Shown: positions 30,954 to 39,487 of the stretch, in pieces
Layout: each line of letters starts with the position of its first letter
Numbering within the stretch: the stretch's first letter is position 1
Made by a program: the position numbers and the translations under genes
NCBI GenBank assembly: GCA_040376705.1
Contig: JBEIQE010000005.1
Location: forward strand, 64,156-128,155
Direction: 5' to 3'
Source of the DNA: Micavibrio sp.
GTDB taxonomy: Bacteria > Pseudomonadota > Alphaproteobacteria > UBA2400
DNA: 64,000 nt
Notes under the pieces: model-generated
The model's database searches: none
What the model was told of the DNA's origin: nothing
Seen by the model: only the letters and a program-made list of their open reading frames with translations

Positions 30954-31772
30954 TTAACTAATTGCCCGGTCGTGCTGCAGGCTGGGGATGGCGGCGCGGG
31001 CCTTGGCCACTTCATCCATATCCAGCTCGGCCATGATGATGCCTGGTTGTGTGCCTGCATCCTTAAGCACCTTGCCCCAGGGGTCGATGATCAGGCTGTG
31101 GCCCCAGGTCTGACGGCCACCCTCATGAAAACCGGTTTGCGCGGGGGCCAGCACATAAGCGCCATTCTCAATCGCACGGGCGCGCAGCAGCACTTCCCAA
31201 TGCGCCTCGCCAGTCGGCACCGTAAAGGCCGCCGGTACAGTAAGAATCTGCGCGCCGCCTTTTGCAAGGGCGCGGTAAAGATGTGGGAAACGTACATCAT
31301 AACAAACCGAAAGACCTACGCGTGCGCCTGCCGCATCGGCCAGCACAGCATGACTGCCTGCAGCCACGCGCTCACTCTCGCGGTGTTTCTCGCCGGTCGG
31401 CAAATCTACATCAAACAGATGCACTTTATCGTAGCGTGCATAAATGCGGCCATTGGGGCCAAACAGTACCGAGCGGTTATAGGGCAGCTTGTCAGCTGCT
31501 TTATTACGCACGCTCACCGAGCCGCACAAAAGCCATACGCCAAGGTCATGCGCGAGCGTAGTAAATGCGGCTATCGCAGGATGCTCAACTTCAATCGGCG
31601 CTTCGGCTACCGCCTTGTCTTTATCCTTGCGGATACCGCCTGTGTTCTCTGGCGTTACAATAAGCCGCGCACCCGCATCTGCTGCCTGCCGCACCAGCTT
31701 GGTTACAGCTTCGGCATGGCTGGGCCAATCCGGCCCCGCCGTAAACTGGATGCAGGCTGCGGTCAGCTTCAT
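30954..31772 (-). CDS. Carbon-nitrogen hydrolase (Nit1/deaminated glutathione amidase-like)
   Basis: TPEN, YDKVHLFD, VCYDVRFP, ARAIE (E-K-C triad). Confidence 0.93.
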   Translation of the reverse strand: MKLTAACIQFTAGPDWPSHAEAVTKLVRQAADAGARLIVTPENTGGIRKDKDKAVAEAPIEVEHPAIAAFTTLAHDLGVWLLCGSVSVRNKAADKLPYNRSVLFGPNGRIYARYDKVHLFDVDLPTGEKHRESERVAAGSHAVLADAAGARVGLSVCYDVRFPHLYRALAKGGAQILTVPAAFTVPTGEAHWEVLLRARAIENGAYVLAPAQTGFHEGGRQTWGHSLIIDPWGKVLKDAGTQPGIIMAELDMDEVAKARAAIPSLQHDRAIS

Positions 31773-32026
31773 TGCGCGAGCAGCGGATCGAGCCCGCCCT
31801 TGGCATCAAGCGCGTGCAGGTCATCGCTGCCGCCAATATGCTGCCCGTTGATGAAGATTTGCGGAATGGTCTTGCGGCCACCGGTTTTGGCGAACATTTC
31901 GTCAAAACGGGCTGCGTCTTCTTTCACATTATATTCGGTAAATGCAGCGCCCTTGCGCTTGAGCAGCTCTTTGGCGCGTACGCAATAGGGGCACGAGGGG
32001 CCTGAATAAACGATAACTTCTGCCAT
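31769..32026 (-). CDS. grxC: Glutaredoxin 3
   Basis: CPYC, TIPQIFI, IGGSDD. Confidence 0.96.
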   Translation of the reverse strand: MAEVIVYSGPSCPYCVRAKELLKRKGAAFTEYNVKEDAARFDEMFAKTGGRKTIPQIFINGQHIGGSDDLHALDAKGGLDPLLAQ

Positions 32027-32035
32027 GACACTCTC

Positions 32036-32809
32036 CTATAAATTCACCAGCTCAACCGCCTCAGGGGCAACCGACTGGCCTAAAAACTGCGCGGCGACTT
32101 TGGCAAAGCGCTCACGCCCATCGGTTGCCAGCAGCCGCATACTGCCAGTACCACCTAATAACTTAAGGCTGGTTAAAGACTTGGCAACTGCCTTGGCGGT
32201 GGTTTGCGCGCTATCGACCAGTATCACATCTGCCCCGATTACTTTACGGATACTGTCACTTAAGAGCGGAAAATGCGTGCAGCCCAAGACCAAAGCCTCA
32301 AGCCCCTCAGTCGCGCCCTTCAGGTAACGCGCAATGACCGCCTCAACCTCGGCTCCGCTGGTCCAGCCCTCTTCAGCCATCGCTACCAGCAAGCCTGCGG
32401 GAATGGCCTCGACCTGAGCCGCAGGATGTAGCGCATGAATAGCGCGGGTATATGCGCCCGAGCGCACGGTACCCTCGGTAGCGAGTACCAGAATCTTTTT
32501 ATACTGCGCCGCCACCTGTGCGCCGGGGCCAATCACGCCAATCACCGGCAGCTGCGGGTAAGCTGCCACCAGCGCAGGCAACGCATGGGCTGTTGCTGTG
32601 TTACAGGCTATCACCAGCGCTTTTATGTTATGCCTGAGCAGTGCAGCAGTGGCCTGCATGGCATAGGCCACTACGGTTTCGGGGCTTTTGGTACCGTAAG
32701 GCAGGCGCGCGGTATCGCCCAGATACAGCAAATCCTCATCCGGCAGTTCAGCACGCAGCGCCTTAAGCACTGTAAGCCCGCCCACACCGCTATCGAAAAC
32801 ACCAATCAT
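32036..32809 (-). CDS. murI: Glutamate racemase
   Basis: IGVFDSGVGGLTV, PYGTK, ACNTAT, LGCTHFP. Confidence 0.97.
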   Translation of the reverse strand: MIGVFDSGVGGLTVLKALRAELPDEDLLYLGDTARLPYGTKSPETVVAYAMQATAALLRHNIKALVIACNTATAHALPALVAAYPQLPVIGVIGPGAQVAAQYKKILVLATEGTVRSGAYTRAIHALHPAAQVEAIPAGLLVAMAEEGWTSGAEVEAVIARYLKGATEGLEALVLGCTHFPLLSDSIRKVIGADVILVDSAQTTAKAVAKSLTSLKLLGGTGSMRLLATDGRERFAKVAAQFLGQSVAPEAVELVNL

Positions 32810-33546
32810 AAAATCTGCTCCGGCTTTATAACGCGGGCCAGCGTAAGCACGCGCACTTCACTTGCACCAGCTGCCAGCAAGGTCTCGCTGCAGGCCTCCA
32901 GCGTTGCGCCTGTTGTTAGCACATCATCGACCAGCAGCACAGTTTTGCCAGCAACTGCGCCGGTTACCACAAACGCATCGCGCACATTCTTCAGGCGCTC
33001 TTCGCGCTTCATGCCCACCTGCGGGCGGGTTGAGCGCTGGCGCTGCAGCGTGAGCAACTCAACCGGAATGGTCAGTGCCTCGCCCACCGCACGCGCCAGC
33101 AGGGCAGACTGGTTATACTTGCGCCGGAGCAAGCGCCAGCGGTGCAACGGCACCGGAATGATGACATCCACCGGCAACAGCTCGCGCACGGCGCGCAGCA
33201 GCCACGGCGTAAGTGTGGGCAGCAGGTTGGTCTGGTCGCTATACTTAAAACGCCCGATGAGCTTGCGGCAGGTGTCGTCATAACTCATCGCCGTGCGCGC
33301 TTTGACATATAAAGGCGGGGCCGAGAGGCACAGAGCGCAGAGCGTCCCCGGCTCGGTCGGCAAGCCAAACGGCACACCGCAACACTCGCACCACGGGGCG
33401 GATAAAAAGCTGACCTCACGCCAGCAGGTCGAGCATAAGGCGCCGGGCTCGGCCACCACCTCGCGGCACAACCCGCAGGTGGGTGGCAGGATAAAATCCA
33501 CTGTCTGCCTGAGATATATTGCCAGACTTGTTGCAAGCTTGCTCAT
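32806..33546 (-). CDS. comF: ComF family (double Zn ribbon + PRTase)
   Basis: Four CxxC, PVPLH..RL..R.YNQS, VDDVLTTGAT. Confidence 0.93.
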   Translation of the reverse strand: MSKLATSLAIYLRQTVDFILPPTCGLCREVVAEPGALCSTCWREVSFLSAPWCECCGVPFGLPTEPGTLCALCLSAPPLYVKARTAMSYDDTCRKLIGRFKYSDQTNLLPTLTPWLLRAVRELLPVDVIIPVPLHRWRLLRRKYNQSALLARAVGEALTIPVELLTLQRQRSTRPQVGMKREERLKNVRDAFVVTGAVAGKTVLLVDDVLTTGATLEACSETLLAAGASEVRVLTLARVIKPEQIL

Positions 33547-33566
33547 GGCAGCACATTATACGAGGC

Positions 33567-34442
33567 ATGAGCGACGCTCCACAGATATTCGACCGCCAGT
33601 TATTAGCCCAGCGCCGCACACGCGCGGCCAGCAGCTTTGCGTCTGCGCGCTTTTTGCACGAAGAAGTGGGCACACGTCTGCTCGAGCGCCTCTCCGAGAT
33701 CAAACGCAGCTTCCCGCTGGCGGTAAATCTGGGCGCGATGGATGGTCACTTAACAAAGCAGCTCATCGGCCAGAATGGCATTGAAAGCGTTGTGCAGTTC
33801 GAGCTGTGCGAAGCATTAGCCCAGCAGGGCAGCAATATTGTGGTGGCAGATGAAGAATGGCTGCCACTGGCCCCGCAAACGGTTAACCTCATCATCAGCA
33901 ACCTCGCGCTGCATTGGGTGAACGACCTGCCCGGCGCACTGGCGCAAATCCGCATGGCGCTGAAGCCGGATGGTTTGTTCATGGGGGCGATATTGGGCGG
34001 CGAGACGCTATTCGAGCTGCGCCGCTGCCTGATGGAAGCCGAGATGGCAGCGACTGGTGGCATCTCCCCGCGCCTCTCGCCCCTCACCGAAGTGCGCGAT
34101 GCCGGCGGACTTATACAACGTGTAGGTTTAGCCCTGCCGGTGGTGGACCGCGAAATGATTACGGTAACCTATGCCGACCCCATCAAACTGCTCTATGACC
34201 TGCGCGCTATGGGCGCGACTAACCTCACCCACAACCGCCCGCGCAAACCACTGACACGCACCGTGCTGATGGATGCGCTCGCGCGCTATCGTGAGCACTT
34301 CACGGTAGAAGAAGACCGCGTACAAGCCACGTTCGAAGTGATTTACCTGGCTGGCTGGGCCCCGCACGAGAGCCAGCAGAAACCCTCCCCACGCGGCAGT
34401 GCCAAGCATTCGCTGGTCGAGGCGTTGTTGCCTAAAACCTAA
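33567..34442 (+). CDS. SAM methyltransferase, NDUFAF5/BioC-like
   Basis: IFDR, ADEE.LP, LHWVNDLPG, TL.ELR, GWAPHESQQKP..RGSA. Confidence 0.9.
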   Translation: MSDAPQIFDRQLLAQRRTRAASSFASARFLHEEVGTRLLERLSEIKRSFPLAVNLGAMDGHLTKQLIGQNGIESVVQFELCEALAQQGSNIVVADEEWLPLAPQTVNLIISNLALHWVNDLPGALAQIRMALKPDGLFMGAILGGETLFELRRCLMEAEMAATGGISPRLSPLTEVRDAGGLIQRVGLALPVVDREMITVTYADPIKLLYDLRAMGATNLTHNRPRKPLTRTVLMDALARYREHFTVEEDRVQATFEVIYLAGWAPHESQQKPSPRGSAKHSLVEALLPKT

Positions 34443-35329
34443 TACCAACGCAGCGTGGATATAAAGTCCTTGCTTGGCTCGCATATAAAATCATCAGTGA
34501 GATTTGCATGTGGCAGCTCTTCTAAAGCATTGGTTCCGCGTAAAATTTCTGTCACTAGCGCTTTTGGCTCGAAAGCAAAACTGCGATAGGACCAATGATA
34601 AAATGATAGTCCCCCGCCAGAAGATTCAATAATCACACGTGCATGATTTTGGCCATATCTAGGGCCATAACTAAGCGTATTGCCAAAATGTGTAAGAGCC
34701 CCATCTTCCATCATTAAAAATGGAGACATCTGCCAAACCGAGCGTAATGGAGTCTTATCAGGCAACTGAACACAGAAGGCCTGACCGGCCATAGAAAAAC
34801 TATGTATGCCCGCAACAGCATAAGCTGTAACATATAAAGATGAGACTAGAACCAAACCAACAAGGCCCACAACAAGAACAATGAATATTCTATTTGCAGC
34901 CGTACGCATGCCGCGAATGTAATATGTAGCTGCTGCCAAAATTACCGCAGCCAGTATCAAGTTCGCGCCAAGCCCACTTAACACTGCCATCATGTCTGCT
35001 GCGTGGATTGTAATCCATGCAGTTACAACCCCAAAAAGCATGGCTATAGCCATAGGTGCCGTCCAGCCTTTCATTAGCGCATACCCAAGCTCCACAGCAA
35101 GCCGCAGAGTTGACCAAATCAAAGCCGAGGCGATAAAAACAAAAGTGCAAAAAAACAAGAAAGCGTTGCTGCGCTTAAATGGAAAATCTGTCAGATGCAA
35201 AGTAATGAACAAAGGCACAAACGCAAAAATTACCGCAACAAATCCCGCATAAAAAGCTTCTTTTGGAAGGCTAAGAACCAGCACTCCGACTAATACAAAG
35301 AATAAAAGCGGAAAAATCAATATTTCCAT
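34439..35329 (-). CDS. Hypothetical multi-pass membrane protein, AT-rich
   Basis: About 6 TM helices plus soluble C-terminal domain; visibly lower GC than flanks. Confidence 0.75.
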   Translation of the reverse strand: MEILIFPLLFFVLVGVLVLSLPKEAFYAGFVAVIFAFVPLFITLHLTDFPFKRSNAFLFFCTFVFIASALIWSTLRLAVELGYALMKGWTAPMAIAMLFGVVTAWITIHAADMMAVLSGLGANLILAAVILAAATYYIRGMRTAANRIFIVLVVGLVGLVLVSSLYVTAYAVAGIHSFSMAGQAFCVQLPDKTPLRSVWQMSPFLMMEDGALTHFGNTLSYGPRYGQNHARVIIESSGGGLSFYHWSYRSFAFEPKALVTEILRGTNALEELPHANLTDDFICEPSKDFISTLRWY

Positions 35330-35334
35330 TTAAC

Positions 35335-35781
35335 TTATAACCGCTCCTGTAGCTGCGGCAGTAACGGCACTGAGCCGGGCACGAATTTGTAATCGTGGAA
35401 GTTGGCAGGACGAACCCACTTGAGCTCTTGCCCTTCCTTGCCTTGCGGGGTGCCTTCCCACATGCGGCACAAAAATACCGGCATAAGGATATGCAGGCCC
35501 AAATCGCCATAGCGGTAGCTTACAAACGTGAAGGGCAAAAAGCAGCTGGGCTTGGTGATGATGCCGAGCTCTTCATGCAGCTCGCGCGCCAGCGCCTGTT
35601 CGGGTGTTTCATTGGGCTCGAGCTTGCCGCCCGGAAATTCCCACCAGCCGGCATAAGCCTTGCCCGCCGGGCGTGAACCGATGAGCACACGGCCATCCGG
35701 ATCTATCAAAACAACCGCCGCTACCAGAACTAACGGTAGCGGCGGCGGAATTGTTACATCGATTTCAAAGCAACCTGACAA
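35335..35781 (-). CDS. mutT: 8-oxo-dGTP diphosphatase (Nudix)
   Basis: WEFPGGKLEPNETPEQALARELHEELG Nudix box. Confidence 0.92.
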   Translation of the reverse strand: MSGCFEIDVTIPPPLPLVLVAAVVLIDPDGRVLIGSRPAGKAYAGWWEFPGGKLEPNETPEQALARELHEELGIITKPSCFLPFTFVSYRYGDLGLHILMPVFLCRMWEGTPQGKEGQELKWVRPANFHDYKFVPGSVPLLPQLQERL

Positions 35782-35789
35782 GGCAGCTC

Positions 35790-36773
35790 TTACTGTGCCG
35801 GAGCCGGTGTGGCTTCGCCAGCAGCGCTCGGCGCAACCATGTTCTGCAACAACTGGTCAGGCGGCAGAGCGGGTACGCCTTCGGCAGCAACCAGTTTCAC
35901 GTTACCCTGTGCACGCAGTGTGCTGATAACGCTCTGCAGCTTTTCCTGCTGCGCACGGGCAACCAGCTGCGGCTTTACGTCTTCAAACTTAGGCGGGGTA
36001 ACCGCGCGGCGGCCCTCTACCTTGATGATGTGATAGCCAAACTGGGTCTTCACTGGTGTCTGGGTCATCTGGCCGTCAGACAGGGCGAAAGCAACCGTGC
36101 CGAACTCGGGTACCATGGCATCCTTCGAGAAGTAGTCGAGGTCGCCGCCATTGGCACCGCTGCCAGTGTCAATCGACTCGGCCTTGGCCACATCTTCAAA
36201 CTTGGCGCCATCGTTGATCTTCTTGATCAGCTCAACCGCCTTGGCTTCGTCGGCTACCAGAATGTGGCGGGCGCGAATTTCCTGCTGCCCCTTCATGCTC
36301 TCAACCATCTGGTCATACAGCGGCTTGAGGTTAGCGTCAGTATCAAGGCCCTTGAACAGGCTCTGCACATAAGCTTCCTGCACGATCTGTTCGGTGGCCA
36401 TCTTCACGGCAGCCTGAACTTCTGCTGTGCTCTGCAGATTATCCTTGGTAGCAGCCTGAATGATCAGGCGCGAGGCAACGATCTGGTCAACCAGCATCCA
36501 GAACACTTCGTCCTGCGCGGGGGCCTGCGCACCAGCGCGCTGCTTGATGGCGTTATAAAGCTGCTCAACATCGCTCTTGAGGATCATTTCGCCGCCCACA
36601 TCAGCAACCTTGGGGTTGGCTGCAGTGGCAACACGCGGGGCCGGAACAGCAGGGTCGGTTGCAGTAGCTTCGGCAATAGCCGTGGTCACAATATCATCCT
36701 TGGCGACCCAGAAACCAATACCACCAGCGACGATGGCCAATACAACAGCCGGAATTACATAACGCGATGCCAT
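35790..36773 (-). CDS. Parvulin-type peptidylprolyl isomerase (PrsA-like)
   Basis: RARHILV, GGDLDYF, MVPEF, PVKTQFGYHIIK; N-terminal anchor. Confidence 0.93.
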   Translation of the reverse strand: MASRYVIPAVVLAIVAGGIGFWVAKDDIVTTAIAEATATDPAVPAPRVATAANPKVADVGGEMILKSDVEQLYNAIKQRAGAQAPAQDEVFWMLVDQIVASRLIIQAATKDNLQSTAEVQAAVKMATEQIVQEAYVQSLFKGLDTDANLKPLYDQMVESMKGQQEIRARHILVADEAKAVELIKKINDGAKFEDVAKAESIDTGSGANGGDLDYFSKDAMVPEFGTVAFALSDGQMTQTPVKTQFGYHIIKVEGRRAVTPPKFEDVKPQLVARAQQEKLQSVISTLRAQGNVKLVAAEGVPALPPDQLLQNMVAPSAAGEATPAPAQ

Positions 36774-36853
36774 AGAATACCCCTTACTCGAGTTGACTTA
36801 GCCCGGTTTACGCCCTAACCAACGTTCCGGCAATAGCGCCCGGAGCGAGAATT

Positions 36854-37702
36854 ATGTCGCGGCTACCTTGGTGGACTAAAATTGCGGCCAAGCTGGTTTT
36901 GGCCCGCCTGCCGCTGCCGGCCAGTTTCTGGCGGCAGGTCAAGCTGTTCCGCCATGGGGCGATGGACGATCCTGCCTATGCTTTACGCATTTTCCGCCAT
37001 CATTTTCAGCGTGCTGGCCAGTTGCAACCGGGCTGGACCTGCCTTGAGCTGGGCCCCGGCGACTCGCTACTCACCGCCCTGATTGCCAAGGCTTACGGCG
37101 CTGGCCGTGTGTGGCTGGTGGATGCCGGCGACTTTGCCTCAACCGAGGTGGCAAGCTTCCTGAAACTGGCGGATATGCTGAAGGCCGAAGGCCTGCCGGT
37201 GCCCGAAATTACCGCCGCCATGAACGTGCCTGAAGTGCTGGAGCTGTGCGATGCCACCTACCTCACGCATGGCCTCGCCAGCCTCAGGCTCATTCCGCGG
37301 CAGGGGGTAGACTTTGCCTTCTCCAACGCGGTGCTCGAGCATGTGCGTGTACATGAATTTGCCCAAACCATGGAGCAGCTGAAAATGGCAATGAAGCCCT
37401 TTGGCGTGCAGAGCCATGCGGTTGACCTGAAGGACCATCTTGCGGCATCGCTCAACAACCTGCGTTTTTCAAAAGCTGTGTGGGAGAATAACCTCTTCGC
37501 CCGCTCGGGCTTTTATACCAACCGCCTGCGCCATAGCGAGATCATGCAGGTGCTGGAGAATTGCGGCTATAAGATTGAAGAGCCAAGCCAGACCAGCTGG
37601 CCCGTATTACCTTTGCCGCGCGCCAAAATGCACGCCGACTTCCAGCGCTTTAGTGATGCCGACCATATGGTGAGCGACTTTGAGGTCGTGTTGAAGGCCT
37701 AG
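36854..37702 (+). CDS. Class I SAM methyltransferase
   Basis: LELGPG, SNAVLEHV, VDLKDH, YTNRLR. Confidence 0.85.
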   Translation: MSRLPWWTKIAAKLVLARLPLPASFWRQVKLFRHGAMDDPAYALRIFRHHFQRAGQLQPGWTCLELGPGDSLLTALIAKAYGAGRVWLVDAGDFASTEVASFLKLADMLKAEGLPVPEITAAMNVPEVLELCDATYLTHGLASLRLIPRQGVDFAFSNAVLEHVRVHEFAQTMEQLKMAMKPFGVQSHAVDLKDHLAASLNNLRFSKAVWENNLFARSGFYTNRLRHSEIMQVLENCGYKIEEPSQTSWPVLPLPRAKMHADFQRFSDADHMVSDFEVVLKA

Positions 37703-37705
37703 CGC

Positions 37706-38299
37706 CTAAGCTGCGCGAAACCAGAAAACCACGTAATCAAAATTATCCGGGCAATCAACCGTTGCTCCATTAATCGGCGGATAGAGGAACTGGTGGTTTG
37801 AATTACCGTCTACCGATATTTGAACGTAGATCATATCCGTGCCATTCTTGGCCAATCCGGCAAACCGCCTGATGATCTGCTTGCACTCGGCCCCACTAAC
37901 CCGACTTTGCTTGCTTGGGATGGACGGCCCATTCATCGTCACATTAAAAACAGGGCAGTTGGAATAACAGGACAAGGCCGTGCGCAGAGAGACCCCAACA
38001 GGCAGCAAAGCTTCCTGATTACTGGCAATCAGCTGTGCGCCGGGCAAAAGGCCGGCACGCACTGAGGTCTGAGTTACATTCACACCAGTACTTGGTGTGG
38101 TTGGGTAGCTCTCACGCGGGTAAAGTCCGCGCGACTGCGCCGCAAAAAGAATGGCATTGGCAACAGTCGTAACGCGGTTCTGTTCGCGCACTTGAGCTGC
38201 CGCCAACCAGATACCGCCAATAACAAGACCAAGAATGCCAAGGATAATGGCTGACTCGATAAGTGAAAATGCACTACGGCTCTGAAAATTGAGGTACAT
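37706..38299 (-). CDS. Type IV pilin / T2SS pseudopilin-like protein
   Basis: Prepilin motif SA|FSLIESAIILGILGLVIGGIW, four Cys in the variable domain. Confidence 0.82.
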   Translation of the reverse strand: MYLNFQSRSAFSLIESAIILGILGLVIGGIWLAAAQVREQNRVTTVANAILFAAQSRGLYPRESYPTTPSTGVNVTQTSVRAGLLPGAQLIASNQEALLPVGVSLRTALSCYSNCPVFNVTMNGPSIPSKQSRVSGAECKQIIRRFAGLAKNGTDMIYVQISVDGNSNHQFLYPPINGATVDCPDNFDYVVFWFRAA

Positions 38300-38538
38300 A
38301 CCACGACGATATACATAGGTTTTTCTATTACAAATCAATTTACTGGGCAGATTATGCTTTATGCACAAGACGCATCATTTTTGATCTCCAGACCCACCTA
38401 CTTACTTTGAAAGCGTCTTGGCGAACACAGGAAAGAGGTAGCTTTACGCCAAGCCATGCAGGCTTACGCAGGGTGGATTATGAAAATGCAGCAGGGTCAG
38501 GAAATCGTTACAAACGGGTGGCTAGTTGATTGACCAGT

Positions 38539-39141
38539 TTAGCGTGGGAAAATCAGCGTTAATGCCCCATTTAAGTGACGATCGCAAATGAGATAATATG
38601 GGTCATATCCATTTTGCCGTACACCATTGCGTACATCGTCTCCGCTTATAACGTCACCATGACCATTAACAACGGTTATATAACCTTTAAACTGGCTAAG
38701 GTAAGCGTAACAATCTTCTGGTTGGATTCTTCCGTCGGCGCTGCCAAAGCTAATAGAAAAACTACCGTTCACTTCGGAAGGCCACCCACCAGAGGCATAG
38801 TACCTAATAAAGAGAGCTCCGCCATCTGGCGTTTCTAAGCCGCGCCACTGCATAGTTGGAATAAGATAAGGATAATTAATTACACCCTTGGCCATAAGAT
38901 AATTATGCAGGACTATGTTACCGGAGCTGACTGGCTCGACATGACGAAAATCGTTTTGTAATGTCGAAAGAGCCAGTGAGACGCGCCTGATCGTATCATT
39001 CCGGATAACCCTCGACTGAGCTGCCGCGGCAGCGGTCCAAATCCCACCAATCACCAACCCTACAACACCTAGTACGATGGCGGCTTCAACCAGACTGAAG
39101 CCGCGGCCCAAGCTGATTTGATTTTTGGTAAAATAGTACAT
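38539..39141 (-). CDS. Type IV pilin / T2SS pseudopilin-like protein
   Basis: Prepilin motif RG|FSLVEAAIVLGVVGLVIGGIW, C-terminal Cys pair, AT-rich. Confidence 0.88.
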   Translation of the reverse strand: MYYFTKNQISLGRGFSLVEAAIVLGVVGLVIGGIWTAAAAAQSRVIRNDTIRRVSLALSTLQNDFRHVEPVSSGNIVLHNYLMAKGVINYPYLIPTMQWRGLETPDGGALFIRYYASGGWPSEVNGSFSISFGSADGRIQPEDCYAYLSQFKGYITVVNGHGDVISGDDVRNGVRQNGYDPYYLICDRHLNGALTLIFPR

Positions 39142-39423
39142 ATTTCTATGTTATAATCATCTTATTTCAAGGTCGATTGTTTTTTAGAACAGGCGGCAGC
39201 CGATTAACATGCCTCCTATTGCCATAATTAACTGCCGATGCAGAAACGGCAAAAAGCCAGACCGGAAAAAGCGACGGCTAGGTTGTGGCTACGCCTCATG
39301 GAGAACTTGAAATAACTGAAGATTGGAAACTAGCAAAATCGATAATATGGCCTCAAGCCTACCAATTCCCGCCTTTTCAGGCAGTTAATGCCAATTTAGC
39401 CCCCCCTGCGACGGCTACCGACA

Positions 39424-39452
39424 TTGACACCAGCCCTGGCAATCCCTAAGTG
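39424..39452 (+). promoter_or_regulatory. Putative sigma70 promoter of secA
   Basis: TTGACA-N17-TAAGTG. Confidence 0.5.
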
Positions 39453-39487
39453 AAAGGCTCGATTTTTGTTTCTAAGGTGATTCCTCC

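Noticed and set aside
37706-39141. Pilin variation by diversity-generating retroelement or shufflon
   Set aside because: No reverse transcriptase, recombinase, template repeat or inversion sites seen in the window.
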